A stretch of 32,000 nt of DNA, taken from positions 690,001-722,000 of the forward strand of contig CAWJMG010000001.1 in NCBI GenBank assembly GCA_963843975.1, in the 5' to 3' direction. This stretch comes from an uncultured Actinomycetes bacterium. Its GTDB lineage: Bacteria; Actinomycetota; Actinomycetes; S36-B12; CAIYMF01. The translations under genes were made by a program, and so were the position numbers. Each line of letters starts with the position of its first letter. Positions within the stretch are counted from its first letter, which is position 1. Of the stretch, positions 18,457-27,670 are shown in pieces. The notes under the pieces were generated by a model, which saw nothing but the letters and a program-made list of their open reading frames with translations, had not been told where the DNA came from and searched no databases.

Positions 18457-19419
18457 TCAGTAGACATGGTTGTGCCCGCGGAAGACTGCGCTGACGGAGC
18501 CGCACGTGAAGATCTGCACCATCGACTCTGCGAGCACGTCGGCGCACGAGATGATCTCGACGTTCGACGGGACGCCGGGCGGTGCGGCGATCGTGTCGGT
18601 CACGAAGAATCGCTCGACGCCCGACGAGGCGATGTTCTCGTACGCCTTTCCGCTGAAGACCCCGTGCGTGGCCACCACGTGGACCCTGTTGGCGCCCGCG
18701 CCGAGCACCGCCTCAGCCGCCGCGCGGATCGTTCCGGCCGTGTCGATGATGTCATCGACCACGATCGCGGTCTTGCCCTCGACGTCTCCGATCACGTAGC
18801 CGATCTCGGCCTGCTGCTGTGCCGGCCGCTGCTTGTCCAGGATGGCGAAGCCTGCACCGACCATGGTCGCGAACGCCCGTGCGTGCTTGCCCCGACCGGC
18901 ATCCGGGGCGACCACCACGAGCTCGTCCTGGAGCTGGAGCCGCAGGATGTGGTCGCTGAGGGCCAACGAGGCGGTCATGTGATCGACGGGGATCTGGAAC
19001 ATCCCCTGGATCTGGGGTGCGTGCAGATCCATCGTGAGCACGCGGTCAGCGCCGGAAGCCTCCAGGATCCTCGCCATGAGCCGTGCGCTTATCGGTTCCC
19101 GTGCTGCGCTCTTCTTGTCCTGGCGCGAGTACCCGAACCACGGCACGACCGCCGTGACACGGTGCGCGCTCGCACCCTTCGCCGCATCGATCATCACGAG
19201 CAGCTCCGCCAGAGCGTCGTTCGTCCCAATGCCCGACTCGGCGTTCGCGCTCAGCGACTGGATGAGGAAGACGTCCGAGCCGCGGATCGACTCCTCGTAA
19301 CGGCAGTAGACCTCCCCGCCGGAGAACGAGCGCAGCGTCACGGGGCTGAGGCCGACACCGAGTCGGACCCCGATCTCCTCCGCCAACCGGGGGTTCGACC
19401 GCCCTCCGAAGATCTTCAT
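18457..19419 (-). CDS. prs: ribose-phosphate pyrophosphokinase (PRPP synthetase, class I-like)
   Basis: Starts MKIFGGRSNPRLAEEIG. Other motifs: AVVPWFGYSRQDKK, LTMDLHAPQIQGMF, VVAPDAGRGKHA, AIVVDDIIDTAGT, VVATHGVFSG. The internal ATG 19419 is preferred. Confidence 0.9.
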   Translation of the reverse strand: MKIFGGRSNPRLAEEIGVRLGVGLSPVTLRSFSGGEVYCRYEESIRGSDVFLIQSLSANAESGIGTNDALAELLVMIDAAKGASAHRVTAVVPWFGYSRQDKKSAAREPISARLMARILEASGADRVLTMDLHAPQIQGMFQIPVDHMTASLALSDHILRLQLQDELVVVAPDAGRGKHARAFATMVGAGFAILDKQRPAQQQAEIGYVIGDVEGKTAIVVDDIIDTAGTIRAAAEAVLGAGANRVHVVATHGVFSGKAYENIASSGVERFFVTDTIAAPPGVPSNVEIISCADVLAESMVQIFTCGSVSAVFRGHNHVY

Positions 19420-19468
19420 GTCGCGGTGCGCGACGGGGATCCGGTGGCCGGGTGGGAGCAGCGTGGCG

Positions 19469-20158
19469 CTACTGGTCGGGCTCATGGCTGGGGGGCTCCT
19501 CGGCCTCGTCCCCCAGCAGCGCCCGCCCCAGGGCGTACGCGGTCGTGAGGTCCGGGCCTTCGTAGGTGACGTTCGCGAAGGGCAGCAAGGAGCTGCTCGC
19601 ATTGACGGCGATGCTGTTGGGGAACCGCTGGAATAGCGGCACATCGGAGGACGAGTCCCCGTACACGACGCAGCGGTCCTCGCCGAGCCGCAGCTCGGCG
19701 AGGAGGTCGGCCACGACGGTCACCTTGGTCTCGGGGACGTACACCCGTTCTGGGAGAACCGGTTCCCCGATCTCGACCCCGGCGCCGAAGGCGTAGTCGA
19801 GGCCCCATGCCTGCAGTCGCCGCACGAAGAAGTGCGGCGACAGGGAGACGACGGCGCTGCGCTCACCACGGCTGCGGATGTCGGAGAACACCTCGCGAAG
19901 ACCTTCGATCCATCCCGCCTTGGCGAAGGTCTCGTCGACATCCTCGTGAGTGAGCTCGGACCACAGCGGGATCAGCAGGTCGTAGAACTCCACGTGACCG
20001 ATCTCGCCGCGTCCCCACGCCTCCTCCATCTCCTCGACCGAGGAGAGGTAGCCGGCGCGGGCTGAGAGATCCAAGCACGCGGAGCCGGCCAGCAGGGTGC
20101 CGTCCATGTCGAAGACGTGGAGCGCGGCGGCCTGCTGGCCGGTTCCGTCGTCAGTCAT
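19469..20158 (-). CDS. HAD-IB family phosphatase
   Basis: Motif I VFDMDGTLL, motif II VVSLS, motif IV VYGDSSSDVPLF. 229 aa. It sits 11 nt after the nadV stop and 50 nt before prs. Confidence 0.8.
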   Translation of the reverse strand: MTDDGTGQQAAALHVFDMDGTLLAGSACLDLSARAGYLSSVEEMEEAWGRGEIGHVEFYDLLIPLWSELTHEDVDETFAKAGWIEGLREVFSDIRSRGERSAVVSLSPHFFVRRLQAWGLDYAFGAGVEIGEPVLPERVYVPETKVTVVADLLAELRLGEDRCVVYGDSSSDVPLFQRFPNSIAVNASSSLLPFANVTYEGPDLTTAYALGRALLGDEAEEPPSHEPDQ

Positions 20159-20169
20159 CCGCTAGCTGC

Positions 20170-21624
20170 TCACTTCGCCCGGTCGAACGAGTCGCGCATC
20201 TTCTGGACGATGTCCAGGTAGTACGACTCGGGCACGGGCTGCTCGCTCCGCTCGATGAGCTCGGTGAAGTCCCACTTCTTGAGCAGCTGCCCGTTGCGGA
20301 ACACCGGCTTGAGCAGGTTCTCCTCCGGCGCGACGCTGTCGCGCAGGACGGTGGCGTACTCGCCGTCCTTGTGGACCAGGGCCAGACGCCCCTTCTTCGA
20401 GACCTTGAACTCCGAGCCCGTGGGCGACTTGGCGATGTCACGCCACTCGCCGTTGATCCGGACGGAGCTCGCCTTCTGGCCGAAGTTCATGGTGTCGCGG
20501 TTGTGGTGCTGCAGCAGGCCGCCACCCATGCCGAAGACGGCGTTCTCGGTCGACAGACCGCGGCGCTCCATCTCCATGAACACCTCGGGCAGCGAGTAGA
20601 AGGTGACACCGTCACCCTGCACGACGCGCACGAAGTTCGGAAGGACCTTGTAGCCCTTGCTGTTCGTCGTGTACCCGAAGATGTCCATCAGCCACTCGGT
20701 GGTGTCCGCGGTGACCTGGACGACGTCTCCCGAGTCGGGGCGGATGCCCACGAGCCCGGGGAAGTTCTCCACCATCTCCTTGAGCTCGCCGCCGATGATG
20801 TGCTTGACGGCGTGCTCGTGGTCGTAGGTGTCGGTGAGGAGCAGCACGACGCCGTTGTCCTTGTAGGTCTCGAGCATGTTCTTCATCGCGGCGGCCTCGT
20901 GCTCCTGGCCCCAGGCGCAGAAGCCCGCGTGCTCGGAGTTCGGCCCGGAGTTGGAGACCTTCTGCGCGTTGTAGTACTTCTTCGCCGCGAGGATGCCGGG
21001 GACGGTGTCGCTCTGGTCGAAGTTCACCAGGTGGGCGAGACCACCCAGCGCTGCCGACTGCTGCGAGCTGACGCCGCGCGCGCCGTAGTCGTGGAGCATG
21101 TAGCGCAGCAGCTGCGGGTTGTCCGACGTCTTCTCCAGGGCCTCACGGATCACCTGCTTGGACAGCCACGAGATCGACCCGATCGTCGTCGGGTACCACA
21201 CCGCGCGCAGCAGGGCGGTCTCGAAGAAGCTCGTCGCCCAGAAGTACTTCGGGTCGGTGTTGATGATCTGCACCAGGACGTTGCGCGGCGGGAGCACGGT
21301 GCCCTCGGGCACCGCCTCGATCTCCACAGGCAGGAAGCCGCCGTGGTCGTTGAGGATGCCCATCCAGTTGTCGCGGTTGAAGTGCATGCCCTGCTCGCGG
21401 ACGATGAACTCCGCCTCGTCGATGTCCTCGAGGGTGATCGGGTGCATGAGGTACTCGCGGATGAAGGCCTGCAGCCCGACGAACATCGTCGACGGGAACT
21501 CTCCACCCCGGGACTCGATGTAGCTCGACACGTACTCGGTGCCCGGCGGGTACAGCGAGTAGTGACAGTGCTTGTAGTTGTCCGTGTTGATGATGATGTT
21601 GTCGAACGCAGAACTCCGGCCCAT
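20170..21624 (-). CDS. nadV: nicotinamide phosphoribosyltransferase (NAMPT/NadV family)
   Basis: 484 aa. Family stretches: NIIINTDNYKHCHYSLYP, LHDYGARGVSS, IRPDSGD, VRVVQGDGV, FGMGGGLLQ. The SD AAGGAGG lies 11 nt upstream of ATG 21624. Confidence 0.9.
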   Translation of the reverse strand: MGRSSAFDNIIINTDNYKHCHYSLYPPGTEYVSSYIESRGGEFPSTMFVGLQAFIREYLMHPITLEDIDEAEFIVREQGMHFNRDNWMGILNDHGGFLPVEIEAVPEGTVLPPRNVLVQIINTDPKYFWATSFFETALLRAVWYPTTIGSISWLSKQVIREALEKTSDNPQLLRYMLHDYGARGVSSQQSAALGGLAHLVNFDQSDTVPGILAAKKYYNAQKVSNSGPNSEHAGFCAWGQEHEAAAMKNMLETYKDNGVVLLLTDTYDHEHAVKHIIGGELKEMVENFPGLVGIRPDSGDVVQVTADTTEWLMDIFGYTTNSKGYKVLPNFVRVVQGDGVTFYSLPEVFMEMERRGLSTENAVFGMGGGLLQHHNRDTMNFGQKASSVRINGEWRDIAKSPTGSEFKVSKKGRLALVHKDGEYATVLRDSVAPEENLLKPVFRNGQLLKKWDFTELIERSEQPVPESYYLDIVQKMRDSFDRAK

Positions 21625-21644
21625 GGGGAGGGCACCTCCTTGTT

Positions 21645-21665
21645 GAGTCGTTTCTATTTCGACTC
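21645..21665 (-). promoter_or_regulatory. palindrome/hairpin in the nadV 5' leader (candidate operator or RNA structure)
   Basis: GAGTCG-9 nt-CGACTC; the minus strand reads GAGTCGAAATAGAAACGACTC. It lies immediately upstream of the SD. Confidence 0.45.
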
Positions 21666-21730
21666 AGAGTGCGGAATCGCCTACAGCGAAGGGGGTTAGA
21701 GCGAACAGTGGCTCTGAAGCACTGGGGCAA

Positions 21731-21758
21731 CTATTAACGGTTCTAGTCGGTCCGTCAA
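21731..21758 (-). promoter_or_regulatory. candidate nadV operon promoter
   Basis: The minus strand reads GGTATTGACG-16 nt-TAATAG. The -35 is at 21758-21753 and the -10 at 21736-21731. Confidence 0.45.
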
Positions 21759-21859
21759 TACCCTGCGCGCTACGTTTGCGTAAACCAGGCCGATGCCGCG
21801 GACACCGGAGGGCACGGGCGTTCGTCGGAGGGGACCGGCGCCGTGCACGGGAACGTGCG

Positions 21860-22900
21860 CTACGCCCGAGGGGGCTGCACCGAGTCGCGGACCATGAGCT
21901 CGACGGGGAGCGGCTCGTAGTCCGGCGGCGACACGTCGGGGTTCTCGAGGAGCGAGAACAGCAGCTCGGCCGCCCGGGCACCCATGTCGTGCGCCGGCTG
22001 TCGCACTGTGGTGAGGCGCGGCGTGAGTGAGCGCGCGAACGGCACATCGTCGAAGCCGACGACGCTGACGTCCTCGGGCACGCGGAGCGACTGCGAGCGG
22101 AGGTACTCGATGGCACCCACGGCCATCAGGTCGTTGGCGCACACGAGCGCGGTGATGCGGTCGGAGCCCGAGGAGCGTTCCATGAGCAGGCGTGCGGCGT
22201 CGAAGCCGGACTCCTGGCGGTAGTCGCCGACCTCGAGCGGGATCGAGTCCGGCTCGATGCCGCCCGACGCGAACGCCTCCCGGTAGCCGGCGAGCCTCTG
22301 GTGCGAGGACCAGAGGGTCGAGGGACCGCCGATGATGCCCACCCGTCGGTGACCCATCGACAGCACATGCGCGGCCACGGCCCGCGCGCCCGAGCGGTTG
22401 TCGGAGACGACAGCGGGGAGGCCGAAGCCTGGGAGCAGCTCGTCCACGAGCACGACCGGCCCGAGCTCGGTCAGCTCCATCAGCGACCGCGGCACGGCGG
22501 ACGCCCCGGACAGGAAGATGCATCCGGAGAGCCGCTGGCTTCGCAGGAGCCGCGTGGTCGTCGGCTCGCTCGAGCTGGTTCCCGCCACTTCCGGGGCGCA
22601 CAGGACGACCAGGGCGTCACGTTCGGAGGAGTAGCGCTCCACCCCTTCGGCGATCATCGCGAAGTAGGGGTTGGTCAGGTCCGGGACGATCAGCCCTACC
22701 GTCGGCGCACTGCGCTGCCGCAGACCGCGCGCCGCCTCGTTGGGCGTGTAGTTGAGCATCTTGACGGCCTCGAGCACCCGCTCGCGGCGCTCCTGGCTGA
22801 CCGGGCCGGTCCCGTTCAGGACGTAGGAGACCGTGCTCACCGAGACGGATGCATGCCGAGCCACATCCTTCATGGTGGGCCTGGTCCTGCTCTCGGCCAC
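21860..22900 (-). CDS. LacI-family transcriptional regulator
   Basis: N-terminal HTH: RPTMKDVARHASVSVSTVSYVLNG, with YTPNEAARGLR. A periplasmic-binding-protein-like core follows (VGLIVPDLTNPYF, VGFDDV). GTG 22900 (VAESRTRPTMKDVA) is preferred; ATG 22873 is possible. Confidence 0.85.
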   Translation of the reverse strand: MAESRTRPTMKDVARHASVSVSTVSYVLNGTGPVSQERRERVLEAVKMLNYTPNEAARGLRQRSAPTVGLIVPDLTNPYFAMIAEGVERYSSERDALVVLCAPEVAGTSSSEPTTTRLLRSQRLSGCIFLSGASAVPRSLMELTELGPVVLVDELLPGFGLPAVVSDNRSGARAVAAHVLSMGHRRVGIIGGPSTLWSSHQRLAGYREAFASGGIEPDSIPLEVGDYRQESGFDAARLLMERSSGSDRITALVCANDLMAVGAIEYLRSQSLRVPEDVSVVGFDDVPFARSLTPRLTTVRQPAHDMGARAAELLFSLLENPDVSPPDYEPLPVELMVRDSVQPPRA

Positions 22901-22926
22901 GGTGAGCCTTCCGACGTGAGGCGCTG

Positions 22927-23685
22927 TTAGGACTTGCCGGCCGTCCAGGTCAGCAGCGCCTCCCACAGGGGCCGGTACCCGGACCATTCGAGGAACTCCG
23001 GTGGCGCCCAGTGCGGTGCGAGGTCCGACGTGAAGACGGCCGAGCGGCCCGACTCTACCTGTCCCAGAACGACGAGCGGGTCATCACCTACCCGAGCCAC
23101 GACGTCGGTTCCCGGGTTCGGCGTCATGCGGTTGTAGCCCAGCAGGTCAGGCCACGGCGCGGGTGCTGCGGAGAGCAGCGGGTGGGAGAGGTCGTCGAAC
23201 GACGGCGTCACACCCTGCGGCTTCTCCACGCGGTCGTCGGTCTGCATGAGGGTGCAGGGAAGCACGTCCGCCAGCGGCGACATGCCGTAGCGACCCTTGC
23301 CGTCGATGCCCGTGAAGGTGAGGTAGCCGCCGACCATGACGAGCCCTCCGCCTGCACGGACGTAGTCGGCCAGGAGCTCGAGCCGGTTGACGGCCCGCTC
23401 CGACCTTAGGAACGTCTCGTCGCACAGCAGGAAGGTGTTCGACCCGACGTCGCTCACCACGACCACGTCGAAGGCCTCGAGCTCGGCCATCGTGGTGGGG
23501 AAGCGCGACGAGACCTCGTGCGCACGGATGTACGTCACGTCGAACCCGCTCGCGTCCAGCGCATCGAGGAAGACGCCGGCGCCTTCCTCGTAGGACGTGT
23601 TGTGGAACTGGTCGAAGCCCTTCATGTGGATCGTGTGCTTGATCCAGGACTCTCCGACGACCAGGACCCGAAGCCCCGTCGCCAT
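22927..23685 (-). CDS. class-I glutamine-amidotransferase-like (DUF1355/ThuA-like) protein
   Basis: Internal ATG 23685 of ORF 22927..24456. Starts MATGLRVLVVGESWIKHTIHMKGFD, with FDVVVVSDVGSNTFLL and GGGLVMVGGYLTF. The family assignment is from memory of similar putative amidotransferase proteins. Confidence 0.65.
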   Translation of the reverse strand: MATGLRVLVVGESWIKHTIHMKGFDQFHNTSYEEGAGVFLDALDASGFDVTYIRAHEVSSRFPTTMAELEAFDVVVVSDVGSNTFLLCDETFLRSERAVNRLELLADYVRAGGGLVMVGGYLTFTGIDGKGRYGMSPLADVLPCTLMQTDDRVEKPQGVTPSFDDLSHPLLSAAPAPWPDLLGYNRMTPNPGTDVVARVGDDPLVVLGQVESGRSAVFTSDLAPHWAPPEFLEWSGYRPLWEALLTWTAGKS

Positions 23686-23687
23686 GC

Positions 23688-24204
23688 TCACACCAACCGA
23701 TCGCCGATGTGGGCGGGCAGGCTCCGCCGTTCGGGCGTGTCCGACACCGTCGTCTCGCGCGAGTCCCACCCGATGAGCTTGTCGACGACGAGCTCGTAGT
23801 AGACCCGGCCGGCGAACTCGCCGAACTCGAAGTAGCGGTGGGCGTAGGGGTGGCCCTCGTAGAAGTACTTGTCGAACATGAGGGACTCGAGCTGCACCAT
23901 GGGCGGTCTCGTCGTTGACGGCCTCGAGCCGCCCCAGGATCCGCACGCCCGCGACGGTCACGAACTCGTCGCCGGAGTCGACCAGCGCCGAGACCGGGCG
24001 GCCCGACGTGCCGTTCTTGCCGTGACGGCCGCCGGCGTCGAGCGGCAGGAAGATCCGCTGGTCGCGCACGACGAACCAGAGCGGCGTCAGGTAGATGGAG
24101 CCGTCGTCGTTGAGGGTCGCGACACGGATCGTCGTGGCACGCGCCAGGTAGGCCCAGCGCTTGGCCCCCTTCAACGGGTTGGTCGTGCTGGCAGTGATCG
24201 CCAT
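23688..24204 (-). pseudogene. pyridoxamine 5'-phosphate oxidase (PPOX)-family / possibly F420- or flavin-binding protein, one frameshift
   Basis: MAITASTTNPLKGAKRWAYLARATTIRVATLNDDGSIYLTPLWFVVRDQRIFLPLD...GRLEAVNDETA continues in ORF 23688..23900 as MVQLESLMFDKYFYEGHPYAHRYFEF... This requires removing one G of the GGG run at 23901-23903. GAGGAG lies upstream of ATG 24204. Confidence 0.65.
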
Positions 24205-24209
24205 CGGGG

Positions 24210-24662
24210 TCAGCTCCTCTGCGCGCGCAGCGTCGCGCTGTAGTCGGGGACCTCGACGAGGCCGTTGCGGTTGGACGGCCCGCTGGTCCAGTAGAACTTC
24301 ATGCCACCGGTGTCCTCGAGCTCGTAGATGTAGCCGGCCGGAAGGAAGATGTGCTCGCCGGCGGTCGCCTCGAGGTAGATAACGCGCCCGTCGGCGTCCT
24401 CTACCCGAAGGCGCACCTTGCCCTCGAGGACGAAGTGCGACTCGTCGAAGCCCCACTGCTCCCAGCGGTAGGTCTTGTGACCCGCCTCGGCGTAGCAGAT
24501 GCCGTGCCGGAAGTAGCGGGCGTCCTCACCCTCGGCCGAGATGAAGATGTTGGTGTAGATGCCGTCGTTGAACTTCAGCCGCGGGGCGGCGTCCATCTGC
24601 TCGGGTGTCGTGACCCGCGGGTACCTCTGCGCCATCGGCGCATCGGGGTCGTACTGGCTCAT
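24210..24662 (-). CDS. cupin-domain protein
   Basis: Internal ATG 24662 preceded by GGAGA. Starts MSQYDPDAPMAQRYPRV, with FVLEGKVRLRVEDADGRVIYLEATAGEHIFLPAGYIYELE. This is a cupin beta-barrel pattern. Confidence 0.7.
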   Translation of the reverse strand: MSQYDPDAPMAQRYPRVTTPEQMDAAPRLKFNDGIYTNIFISAEGEDARYFRHGICYAEAGHKTYRWEQWGFDESHFVLEGKVRLRVEDADGRVIYLEATAGEHIFLPAGYIYELEDTGGMKFYWTSGPSNRNGLVEVPDYSATLRAQRS

Positions 24663-24721
24663 GGCGGTCTCCTGATCGCTCGGCGCGGACGACGTCCGCA
24701 GCTCACCTGGCACGGGTCAGA

Positions 24722-24759
24722 GTAGATACGTTTATATTACGCGCGCGGCGACGTGTCAA
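24722..24759 (-). promoter_or_regulatory. candidate promoter with overlapping LacI-type operator upstream of the cupin operon
   Basis: The minus strand reads TTGACA (24759-24754)-17 nt-TATAAA (24736-24731). This is followed by or overlaps TATAAACGTATCTA, a 14-bp CG-centred imperfect palindrome. The plus-strand 12-mer GTAGATACGTTT is at 24722-24733. Confidence 0.5.
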
Positions 24760-25700
24760 CCGCGTCCGATGAACGCGACGATGGCGTCGAAGGTCGGCAT
24801 GCCGCCGCGAGCGCCGTCGCGCGTCACGGACAGGCTCGCCGCGGCCACGGCGAACGCCACCGCCTCCCGCAGGTCGTCGCCCGCGGCCACCCGCGCGGCG
24901 AGGACGCCGTTGAACGTGTCCCCCGCTCCGGTCGTGTCGACCGCGTTTACCGATCGGGCGGGGACCACGACCAGCGGCTCCCCCGGCTGCACCACGGCCA
25001 CGCCCTCGGCTCCGAGCGTGACCACGACGGAGGCTGCGGCACGCTCGGCGAGCTCGTTCCACCGCTGCTCGCGGCTTCCTCCCGTGCTGCCACCGATCAG
25101 CTCGAGGAGGAGATCCGCCTCGGACTGGTTCGGCGTGATCACAGTGGCACCACTGATGCAGCGGGCGACCGCCGCGATCACGGGCGCCGGGTTCAGGATC
25201 ACCGGCACCCCTGCGCGCGATGCCGCGTCGACGGCAGCGATGACGGCGCCCGGGGTGATCTCGGTGCTCACCAGCACGCATCCGGCGGTGTCGAGCCGGC
25301 GCTCCATCGCGCGACCGACGTACTCCGGCGCGAGGTCCGCATTGGCACCGAGCCCGACGGCGATCTGGTTCTCGGCCTGGGCGTCGACCACGATCAGCGC
25401 CACCCCGGTGGGGGAGTCGTCCAGGCTGGCGACGCCACCGATGTCCACGCCTTCGGCCGCCAGCTCGCGCAAGGTCGACCGTCCCTGGTCATCGGCGCCT
25501 ACCGCGCCGATCAGCTGCGTCCGGGCGCCGGCACGCGACGCGGCCACCGCGGCGTTGGCGCCCTTGCCTCCGCCGTGCCAGGTGACCCGCGGCCCCACCA
25601 CCGTCTCTCCGGGGGCGGGCAGCCTCGGCGCCCGTACGACGGCGTCCACGTTGAGCGCGCCGACCACGACCACAGATGACGCCGGATGCTCGTCGACCAC
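24756..25700 (-). CDS. rbsK: ribokinase / PfkB-family sugar kinase
   Basis: Motifs: VVVVGALNVDAV, HGGGKGANAAVAASRAG, AVDTTGAGDTFNG. GTG 25700, preceded by GGGAG, is preferred over the track start at 25730. Confidence 0.85.
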   Translation of the reverse strand: MVDEHPASSVVVVGALNVDAVVRAPRLPAPGETVVGPRVTWHGGGKGANAAVAASRAGARTQLIGAVGADDQGRSTLRELAAEGVDIGGVASLDDSPTGVALIVVDAQAENQIAVGLGANADLAPEYVGRAMERRLDTAGCVLVSTEITPGAVIAAVDAASRAGVPVILNPAPVIAAVARCISGATVITPNQSEADLLLELIGGSTGGSREQRWNELAERAAASVVVTLGAEGVAVVQPGEPLVVVPARSVNAVDTTGAGDTFNGVLAARVAAGDDLREAVAFAVAAASLSVTRDGARGGMPTFDAIVAFIGRG

Positions 25701-25711
25701 GTCGCTCCCTT

Positions 25712-25758
25712 GTAGATACGTTTCATGCACCGTAGCCGCTCGCCGCGCGTGGCCGCAA
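25712..25758 (-). promoter_or_regulatory. second copy of the GTAGATACGTTT box with a weaker candidate promoter upstream of the kinase gene
   Basis: The plus-strand 12-mer GTAGATACGTTT at 25712-25723 is identical to 24722-24733. The minus strand reads TTGCGG (25758-25753)-18 nt-TACGGT (25734-25729), then GCATGAAACGTATCTACAAGGGAGCGACGTG. Confidence 0.35.
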
Positions 25759-25768
25759 TGCCGTCAGG

Positions 25769-26764
25769 TCAGCCCGCGGCAGGATCCCGACGCGGATGAC
25801 GGGTCTCGACCAGGTGACGCATGCCCGAGCGGGTGTCTGCCACGAGCGAGTGGGTCACCGGCACGCCGTGCTCGGACCGGACGCCTCGCAGCAGCGACCC
25901 GTCGGTGACGCCGGTCGCCACGAAGACCACGTCGTCACCGGCGACGAGGTCCCGCGCCGACAGGACCCGGCCGCTCTCGTAGCCCCGGGCGCCCATCCAG
26001 GCTCGCTCCGCGGCCGACTGCGGCCATAGTCGGCCCTGGAACACGCCCCCGAAGCACCTGACCGCCGCAGCGGCGAGGACACCTTCGGGCGAGCCGCCGG
26101 AGCCCAGCATGAGGTCGACGTCGCTGCCGGCGTCGACCGCCGCGATCGCGGCCGCCACGTCACCGTCCGGGAGGAGGCGGACGCGCGCACCGGTCGCACG
26201 GATCTCGGTGACGAGGTCGTCGTGCCGCGGCCGGTCCAGGACGGCGACGCAGATCCCTCCGGGCTCGCGACCCAGCACCTCCGCGAGGCGAAACACGTTC
26301 TCCCGCGCGGGAAGACGAAGGTCGACGATGCCGGCGGCGGCGGGCCCGGCCGCCAGCTTCTCCATGTAGAAGACCGAGGAGGCGTCGAACATCGCGCCGC
26401 GCTCCGCGACCGCGAGAGCCGAGATCGCGTTGCCGAGCCCCAGGGCGGCGAGCCGGGTGCCGTCGATCGGGTCGACGGCGACGTCGCAGGGCACCCCTCC
26501 GCCCGAGCCGACCCGCTCGCCGGTGAAGAGCATGGGGGCGTCGTCCTTCTCGCCCTCGCCGATGACGACGGTGCCGTCGATCCTGATCGCGGCGAGGGCT
26601 CGGCGCATAGCGCCGACCGCGGCACCGTCGACGGCGTTCTTGTCTCCGCGACCGACCCACGTGGAGGCGGCCAGCGCGGCGGCCTGGGTCGAGGCAGCGA
26701 GGTCGACGCCGGCGCCGACGGCCAGGCCGTCGGCGTCGGTCCGCTCCTGGGTCGATGACGTCAT
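25769..26764 (-). CDS. glpX: class II fructose-1,6-bisphosphatase (GlpX family)
   Basis: Motifs: GRGDKNAVDGAAV, VVIGEGEKDDAPML, VAVDPIDGT, GGSPEGVLAAAA, FVATGVTDG. The internal ATG 26764 is preceded by GGAGGGG. Confidence 0.9.
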   Translation of the reverse strand: MTSSTQERTDADGLAVGAGVDLAASTQAAALAASTWVGRGDKNAVDGAAVGAMRRALAAIRIDGTVVIGEGEKDDAPMLFTGERVGSGGGVPCDVAVDPIDGTRLAALGLGNAISALAVAERGAMFDASSVFYMEKLAAGPAAAGIVDLRLPARENVFRLAEVLGREPGGICVAVLDRPRHDDLVTEIRATGARVRLLPDGDVAAAIAAVDAGSDVDLMLGSGGSPEGVLAAAAVRCFGGVFQGRLWPQSAAERAWMGARGYESGRVLSARDLVAGDDVVFVATGVTDGSLLRGVRSEHGVPVTHSLVADTRSGMRHLVETRHPRRDPAAG

Positions 26765-26899
26765 AGAAACCCCTCCACATCCGTTCGTGCGCGTTATCGC
26801 GCAGTCATTGCGCGAACTGCACCATTTCGACACCCTTCACGTCAAGGATCTGCGCGAAAACGGGATACTGGGCACCAGTCCCCGCCCCAAGGAGGCCTC

Positions 26900-27657
26900 G
26901 TGAGCACCGCTGCCCGACGCGACGCGATCGTCGAGCGCGCCGTCCGTGACGGCTACGTCGAAGCGCACACCCTCGCGCTCGAGGCTCGGGGTGAACGCGT
27001 CGACGATCCGACGTGACCTCGACGTCCTCGAGCGCGCCGGCCACGTCCGTCGTACGCACGGAGGTGCCCGGCTCGTGGCCGACGGGACGGGTGACATCCC
27101 CTACGCGCGCAAGCAGACCGCCAACCTCGCAGCGAAGAACGAGATTGCCGAGGCCGCTGCCGCGCTGGTCTCCGACGGCGACGCGGTCATCCTCGACAGC
27201 GGATCCACCACGTACCAGGTCGCGGTGGCGCTGCGCGGGAAACCCTTGACCATCATCACGAATGACCTGCGCATCGCGAAGTTCGTCGCGACCGACCCCG
27301 CCGCCCGGCTGCTCGTGACCGGAGGCGAGCTGCTCGGAACGGTGTTCACGCTCGTCGGAGGCAAGGCTGCATCCTTCCTCTCCGAGCCTCCGAGCCGACT
27401 GGACCTTCCTGGGCGCCGATGCCGTGTCGCTCGACGGGGGCGTCACCAACACCAACACGATCGAGGTGCCCATCAAGCGGGCCATGATCGCCGCGGCACA
27501 GCACCCGATCGCGCTGGCTGACTCCTCGAAGATCGACCGACGCGTCCTGGCTCGCGTCGCGGGGCTGGACGAGGTCGAGGCCGTCCTGACCGACTCCTCG
27601 ATCGATGCCGACGCCGTCGCCCGCTACCAGCCGCACCTGAGGGTTGCGCGCCCGTAG
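26900..27657 (+). pseudogene. DeoR-family transcriptional regulator with two apparent 1-nt insertions
   Basis: GTG 26900 follows AAGGAGG. The translation VSTAARRDAIVERAVRDGYVEAHTLALE | LGVNASTIRRDLDVLERAGHVRRTHGGA...GGKAASFLSE | LRADWTFLGADAVSLDGGVTNTNTIEVPIKRAMI... is restored by deleting bases near 26984 and 27387. The corrected length is 251 aa. Confidence 0.8.
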
Positions 27658-27670
27658 GTCCACGACCCAC

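Noticed and set aside
18028-19548. 506-aa plus-strand ORF opposite the nucleoside hydrolase and prs genes
   Set aside because: It spans two independently well-supported minus-strand genes and their intergenic gap. This is an antisense GC artefact.
18457-21624. Calling the prs/nadV pair a NARP1-type (Adps/Namat) NAD-reconstitution or anti-defence system
   Set aside because: Both proteins carry the canonical Prs and NAMPT motifs, which the phage enzymes share. Nothing in the sequence lets me discriminate, and the chromosomal context is metabolic. I keep it only as an alternative to test.
20371-21699. 442-aa plus-strand ORF opposite nadV
   Set aside because: It is antisense to a full-length NAMPT-family CDS and extends through the nadV SD and leader.
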